Shown one piece after another: positions 58,118 through 64,000 of a stretch of DNA of 64,000 bases (positions within the stretch are counted from its first letter, which is position 1; each line of letters starts with the position of its first letter). The stretch comes from Felis catus. Taxonomy: Eukaryota. The stretch covers positions 60,636,001-60,700,000 of the forward strand of contig NC_058381.1 in the NCBI RefSeq assembly GCF_018350175.1, given 5' to 3'. A program made the position numbers and the translations under genes. Under the pieces are notes generated by a model. It saw only the letters and a list, made by a program, of their open reading frames with translations. It was not told where the DNA came from and did not search any database.

Positions 58118-60668
58118 ACGCTTAGACCTGGCTCTCTGGTCTGGCCTGGCCTGGCCTGGCCCTCTCTGGGCCTCAGTACATTGCCTCCTACAGCAGCTGA
58201 ATGCTGGCACCCCCCCCCCCACACCCCATGTCCTCCAGCCCCACAGCCCCCCTCCAGGTTGAACCCTCCGTGGGCAGATCTGAGACCCCACTGGCTTCTT
58301 CTGGAGTTCAGCAGGCCCCAACCTGACACTTGGAGGAGGCCCCGGGCATATGGGATGTGGCTGGTGTCCAAACCCAGACTGACCGGCCCTGCTGCCACTG
58401 GTGTCCAGGTAGGGAGATGGGCCCTCACCAGGGCCCTCCTAGGATGGACGTCTCCCTTCTCTGCCTGGCCAAGGGCTGCTGACCTGTTTGTTCTGGAGCC
58501 TGAGCCCAGTTGGACAGGGGTCAGCCTGGTGCAGGAAAGGACGGGCAGAGAGGAGCAGGGCAAAGGCCCCATCCGGGCAGGAAGGAGCCCAGGGCAGAGT
58601 TGCAGTTAGGAAACTGAGGCAGAAGCTGGGTCAAGCAGAGGGAGGTGGCTCTGCCACCAGGGCTCACCTGGCCCATTGGGCAAAGGACAGTAAACTCATT
58701 CCAGCCTCTGCCCCATCTGGGGAGGCCCAGGGCGTGGTGGGTGTCAGAGCTAGCAGTGACGGGGGCCAGGAAGGCACGCCAGACTGACCTTCACCCACTG
58801 AGACCCCTGTCAAGGCTCCTGCTTGGACTCATTGCAGGACCGCAATGCTTCCCACCCGGCACTTGTGGGCCCCTGGCCCTTGAAGCCCGTCCGCCTCCCT
58901 GACCTGCTCTGACGCATGTACGACACGTCCCCGCTCCCCTCCACAGTGTGCTCCCGCTTACAACGGCTTCCCTGGACACGCGTCCCCACAGGACCCTCGG
59001 GGCCTCACCCGCCTCCGCAGCCTTCCTGCCCGGGCCACTCCCCTCCCTCGGGCTCATTTGCCCTTCCTGCTTCCCCACCTGTGGAACTTTTGGTTTGATG
59101 GAGAACCACAGATGGAAGGCTCACGAGTCCTGCCTGCTGGAACCCAGCACATTCTTCGTGGGTCAGAGTAAAGCCTCCCTGCAAAGCTCGTCTGGAACCC
59201 TGTGCCTCCTCCTAGGCCGTGATGTGCCTCTTCCCCTCTTCAGACTCACCAGCTCACTTTCCTCGGGCCCACAGCACGGGGCGGGGGGTGGGGGGCAGCA
59301 CTGCCCCTCGTCGTTATCGGCCGGTGTCTAACACACAGCAGACGCCCAGTGAGACTGGCCTTGACTTGAAGGGATTAGCTGGGGACCAGCTTTGGTCCTG
59401 GGCAGGCCTGTGGCACCACCTCTTCTGAGAACGTCTTTTTCCCCGGGGGAGGGTGGCAAGGTGCTGTCAGGGAAGGGGTGACTCTGGGCGCTCACTGCCC
59501 ACCCCTGCACACACAGGGCCTATGATGGGGCTCACACCTTAGGAGGGACCCACAGGCGTTCCAGGCCCAGATGTATATACATCTACTAGTCCTGTTTCTC
59601 TGGAGAGCCCGACATACCTCCGCAGGGGGCTCCTTCCTCACCTGCCCCTGCCAGCGTGGGTTGAGACATGTGCCCCCTGCTACGCTGGGAGATGTGGAGG
59701 GTGCAGAGGCCGGCGCCCCTCCCAGAGCAGGGCCCGCCAAGCCCAGCCTTCGGTGCCAGCCTCTGGCCACAACCCTCGTGATGGGGGCCCAAAGCAGTAC
59801 ACTCTTCCCCAGAAGCTCCCTCCACCACCGCTGACTGGGAGACCCAGCCCCCCCACCCCCCGCCCGAGCCAGAACGCCGTGCAAAAATAGGGCTCCAGGA
59901 CCTGTGGGCTGCTGATGGCCTCTAAGACTACACCCAACAAGGACCCTCTAGGGCAGCTGGGGCCTTCCCTCCACACGTGGTGACAGAGGTAGAATCAAGG
60001 CACTGACTTGGAAACTAATGTATTTAACCTAAAAGGTCAGGAGAGAAGTGACAGGCTTGTAAGTTGGGTCAGGAATGGGAGACAGGGGCCTTAACGGTCG
60101 GGACTATCGAAGAGCCCTTTTCTCAAATGCCAAACGGAGATAAGGGGCAGTGGTCCTGCTCCCTGGACTGAACCCTCTGGTCCTTCTCACACGGAGGACG
60201 AGGCATCCCCCCAAGTGGAGGTCGGGAAGGGGCAGGGGTGGGACGAAGTTCTCTCCTCGGCTGGGCCTTCACGGGAGTCGGGGGTGCGGGGCAGGGGAGG
60301 GGGACTTGACCTTTGTACTCAGCAAGGGGCCAGGCCCCAAGCCAGCTGACCATGGGGAGTTAGCTCAGGCCTCCTGAGCTCCAGAGGAAGTGATCCTGAC
60401 CCGGTGTGGGGGCAAAGGAAAGGTAGGCTGAGGTTGGAGAATCCAGCTCTGTTCTGGGGAGGAAGCCCTCAGTGACTGGAGATTCCCACTGGGAAGTGAT
60501 GTGCCCCATCCCGGGTTACAACCCCAGCTGACCCCCGAGCTGACCAGAGTCGTGGGTGGCAGGCCCCTGCGGTGACACACTGAGGCCTGGGGCTAAGAAC
60601 ACACAGCCTCAGGGTTCCAGGCCCAGGAGGGAAGAGGAGAGGAGAGCAGCGCGGGCTTGTCCGGCACC

Positions 60669-63914
<3,246 letters not shown>

Positions 63915-64000
63915 GCTGGACGCAGGCCCCGCCCACAGCCCTCGCAGCTGGCACCGGATACGCAGGGGCAGCTGCGGGGCGAGATGGGGCAGGATCCAGA

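Noticed and set aside
60019-60024. AATACA as the PYCR1 poly(A) signal
   Set aside because: Plausible variant hexamer, but too weak to call without 3'-end data.

Overview
Mammalian DNA, almost certainly a felid: it carries abundant CAN-SINE/SINEC_Fc elements. It is a GC-rich, gene-dense block syntenic with human 17q25.3. Gene order: ARHGDIA (5' part, -), a SINE/L1/LTR-rich spacer (3.6-18.6 kb), ALYREF (-) head-to-head with ANAPC11 (+), NPB (+), then four minus-strand genes head-to-tail: PCYT2, SIRT7, MAFG, PYCR1. I rebuilt all coding exons by hand from splice sites and reading frame. Protein lengths: ALYREF 257 aa, ANAPC11 84, NPB 123, PCYT2 389, SIRT7 400, MAFG 162 (bZIP hidden in an N gap), PYCR1 320. 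I found no new gene family. Best leads: (1) the PCYT2-alpha cassette exon looks dead (acceptor AG>AA plus a 4-nt insertion); (2) a U12-type GT-GG intron splits the second HIGH motif of PCYT2; (3) the MAFG and SIRT7 poly(A) signals sit on the promoters of the next genes; (4) an ARE/MARE cluster in MAFG intron 1; (5) an NPB-23-type dibasic site. Comparisons with human or mouse proteins are from memory and need alignment to confirm.
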